Part shown: positions 61,734-64,000 of the stretch, in pieces
Position numbering within the stretch: position 1 is the stretch's first letter
How the letters are laid out: the number at the start of each line of letters is the position of its first letter
Source of the DNA: Candidatus Marinacidobacterales bacterium
GTDB lineage: Bacteria > Acidobacteriota > Vicinamibacteria > Marinacidobacterales > SMYC01
Length of the DNA stretch: 64,000 bases
Direction of reading: 5' to 3'
Assembly: GCA_965224085.1 (NCBI GenBank)
Contig: CBDCYI010000009.1
Location: 704,001 to 768,000 of the forward strand
The notes under the pieces: generated by a model
The model's input: only the letters and a program-made list of their open reading frames with translations
Database searches by the model: none
Told to the model about the DNA's origin: nothing
Translations under genes and position numbers: made by a program

Positions 61734-64000
61734 ATGACTGTCGCTTCCCGCGTCATTCTGCTCACGCTAATTTCGGCCTGCTTCGCCTTCCCTCAAACGA
61801 AGGAAGTGACCTTGGAGCAGATCATGGCGCACCCTGACTGGCTCGGCCGCCAGCCGCAGAACCCTTACTGGGCCGATGATGGAGGGTCGATCTACTTCGA
61901 GCGCAAGGTGGAAGGCTCCGAGCAACGCCTGCTGTATCAGGTCGGGATCGACGGCACCGGACTTCGTGAGCTCAACGAGGAGGAGAAAGGCACGGCCGAC
62001 TATCCTGGCGGCGACTTCAGCTCCGATCGAAAGCAGAAAGTCTATGCACGCAACGGCGATATTTTCGTCCGCGACGTCGCGACCGGACACGTGCGCCAGC
62101 TCACCCGGACACAAGCTCGCGAGTCCGAGCCCCACTTCACGCCCGGAGATGACCGCGTGAAGTTCTACCGAGGACAGAGCGTTTTCGTACGGGAGCTCTC
62201 GAGCGGGCTCGAGTACCAACCGGCCGTGATCGAGTTCGAAAAGGACCCGGCTGAAGAAGAGGACGAGGACTATCTTCGGGACCAGCAGCGGCGTCTCGTC
62301 GAATATGTCCGCGAACAGAAGAGGAAGAAGGACGCCGAGCGTGAGCGCGACGAAAAAGCGCGCGCGGCCGATCCCTCGCGGGTGCCCCATCCGTTCTACG
62401 TGGGCGACGATGTCGCGCTCAAGGCGTCGAGTTTGTCACCGACGGGCCGGTGGATGCTTCTACTGCTCTTGCCGGAAGAACGCGACGAAGGCGAGCACGA
62501 TGTGATGCCCAACTATGTGAGCGACGACGGCTACGTCGATCCAAAAGAGGTGCGGACCCTCGTAGGGACAGGCACACCGGCGACGGACCGCGTCGTTCTG
62601 CTCGACCTCGACAAACATGAGCTTCGAGACGTTTCGCTTGCATCTCTTCCCGGGATTACCGACGACCCGCTCGCCTGGCTTCGGCCCGACGACGAAGAAG
62701 ACGAGGAAGACGATGAGAATGACGAGGACGAAACGGAGGACGATGGTAAAGAGCCCGAACCGCGCGCGGTCTATGTTGGCTCGAGCGGCTTGGGGAGCGG
62801 CGGCAATGCCGGCATCGTGTGGAGCCACGACGGCGAGCGACTCGTCCTCCACGTCTTCTCCCACGATCACAAAGACCGCTGGATCGCTGAAGTCGACCTC
62901 GACACGGCCGAGCTCCGCCCGATCGCGCGCGTCAGCGACGAAGCGTGGATCAACTGGCGCTTGAACGAGATCGGTTTTCTCTCGAGCTCGACGTCGTTCT
63001 ACTACACTTCGGAAGAGAGCGGCTATTCACAGCTCTATCTCCATGCGCTCGATACCGGCACAAAGACACGGGTCACCCACGGAGACTTCGTGGTCGGAAA
63101 CGTCGTCGAGAGCCCCGACGGCCGTTATCTTTATTACACGGCCAACGCCGAGCACCCTGGGATCTACGAGACCTACCGCTACGACCTGCAGAACACCCGC
63201 ATCGAGACCGTCACCAAGCTCGGCGGACGGAGTGAGTTTCAGCTGTCTCCGGACGGCGCACGTGTTCTGCTCACACATTCCGAGACAACGATGCCGGCCG
63301 AGCTCTATGTGCAAGAGGTGAGCCCGGGCTCGAGCGCGACCCAAGTCACCGAGACGGTCTCGCCGCTTTTTGCGTCCTTTCCATGGGTCGAGCCGGAAGT
63401 CATCCCGATCCCGTCGACGCATCACGACCGCCCCATCTACTCATGGGTCTACACGCCTTCGGGAGGCGCGCGCGAGAAATCGCCTGCCGTCGTGTTCGTG
63501 CACGGCGCGGGCTATCTTCAAAACGCGCATCTCGGCTGGTCGGGCTACTTCCGGGAGTTCGTGTTTCACACGCTCTTGACACAAGAAGGCTATGTCGTCC
63601 TCGACATGGACTACCGGGCTTCCGCGGGCTATGGACGCGATTGGCGCACGGCTATTTATCGCAACATGGGAACGCCCGAGCTCGAGGACCTGGAGGACGG
63701 TGTGAGGTGGCTCGTGGAGCACAAGAACGTTGACCCGAAGCGCGTTGGCGTCTACGGTGGGTCGTATGGCGGGTTCATGACGTTCATGGCGCTCTTCAAA
63801 AAGCCCGATCTCTTTGCCTGCGGCGCGGCGCTCCGACCGGTCACCGATTGGGCGCATTACAACGACCCTTATACGTCTCGCATCCTCAACGCGCCCTATA
63901 ACGATCCGGAAGCCTATGAACGCAGCTCGCCGATCGAGTTCGCCGAAGGCTTGACGAAACCTCTTCTCATCGCTCACGGCATGGTCGACAACAACGTCTT
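61734..64000 (+). CDS. Secreted S9 family (DPP IV/prolyl oligopeptidase) peptidase; runs off the window end
   Basis: GAGGAG RBS, signal peptide, propeller repeats, FVHGAGYLQN, DYRASAGYGRDWR, in-frame GGSYGG, HGMVDNNV; absent from the ORF track because no stop lies in the window. Confidence 0.92.
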   Translation, partial: MTVASRVILLTLISACFAFPQTKEVTLEQIMAHPDWLGRQPQNPYWADDGGSIYFERKVEGSEQRLLYQVGIDGTGLRELNEEEKGTADYPGGDFSSDRKQKVYARNGDIFVRDVATGHVRQLTRTQARESEPHFTPGDDRVKFYRGQSVFVRELSSGLEYQPAVIEFEKDPAEEEDEDYLRDQQRRLVEYVREQKRKKDAERERDEKARAADPSRVPHPFYVGDDVALKASSLSPTGRWMLLLLLPEERDEGEHDVMPNYVSDDGYVDPKEVRTLVGTGTPATDRVVLLDLDKHELRDVSLASLPGITDDPLAWLRPDDEEDEEDDENDEDETEDDGKEPEPRAVYVGSSGLGSGGNAGIVWSHDGERLVLHVFSHDHKDRWIAEVDLDTAELRPIARVSDEAWINWRLNEIGFLSSSTSFYYTSEESGYSQLYLHALDTGTKTRVTHGDFVVGNVVESPDGRYLYYTANAEHPGIYETYRYDLQNTRIETVTKLGGRSEFQLSPDGARVLLTHSETTMPAELYVQEVSPGSSATQVTETVSPLFASFPWVEPEVIPIPSTHHDRPIYSWVYTPSGGAREKSPAVVFVHGAGYLQNAHLGWSGYFREFVFHTLLTQEGYVVLDMDYRASAGYGRDWRTAIYRNMGTPELEDLEDGVRWLVEHKNVDPKRVGVYGGSYGGFMTFMALFKKPDLFACGAALRPVTDWAHYNDPYTSRILNAPYNDPEAYERSSPIEFAEGLTKPLLIAHGMVDNNV

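Overview
GC-rich bacterial DNA. The gene content (DUF6982, LVIVD and YVTN propellers, an ABC-permease stub, many signal-peptide hydrolases) suggests Acidobacteriota/Vicinamibacteria or a relative; this is inference. The window does not read as one clean contig: abrupt gene-to-gene breaks occur near 18004, 35383, 46420 and 49400, and several single-base frameshifts suggest a concatenated or low-coverage assembly, or real erosion. Housekeeping blocks: SWIM-SNF2/aminotransferase/thyA/folA/RidA; ppx-apaH-CHAD; selB/Gre-like/NYN/glgC; radC-larC-tRNA-binding domain-sulfatase-tatD-yajQ-polyprenyl synthase; SDR-TetR-acyl-CoA dehydrogenase; class I fumarase; fhs; class IV aminotransferase. Accessory parts: two AAA-DUF4143 genes, each behind a long palindrome; an 89-bp IHF-site-containing MITE-like element; tandem His-rich Ig-LVIVD propeller genes; an IS903-group IS5 element splitting korB; and a decayed phage/ICE-like element at tRNA-Arg(CCG)/tRNA-Lys(CTT). 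That element carries an integrase, a HExxH protease, an XRE gene and a terminase fragment, plus a highly structured IS21-like leader with a Cys-rich gene. About a dozen short gene stubs lie between intact genes. Many normally cytoplasmic amide, guanidine and polyamine enzymes carry export signals. No CRISPR array or rRNA was seen. No single complete novel system is proven; the best candidates are ranked in the findings.
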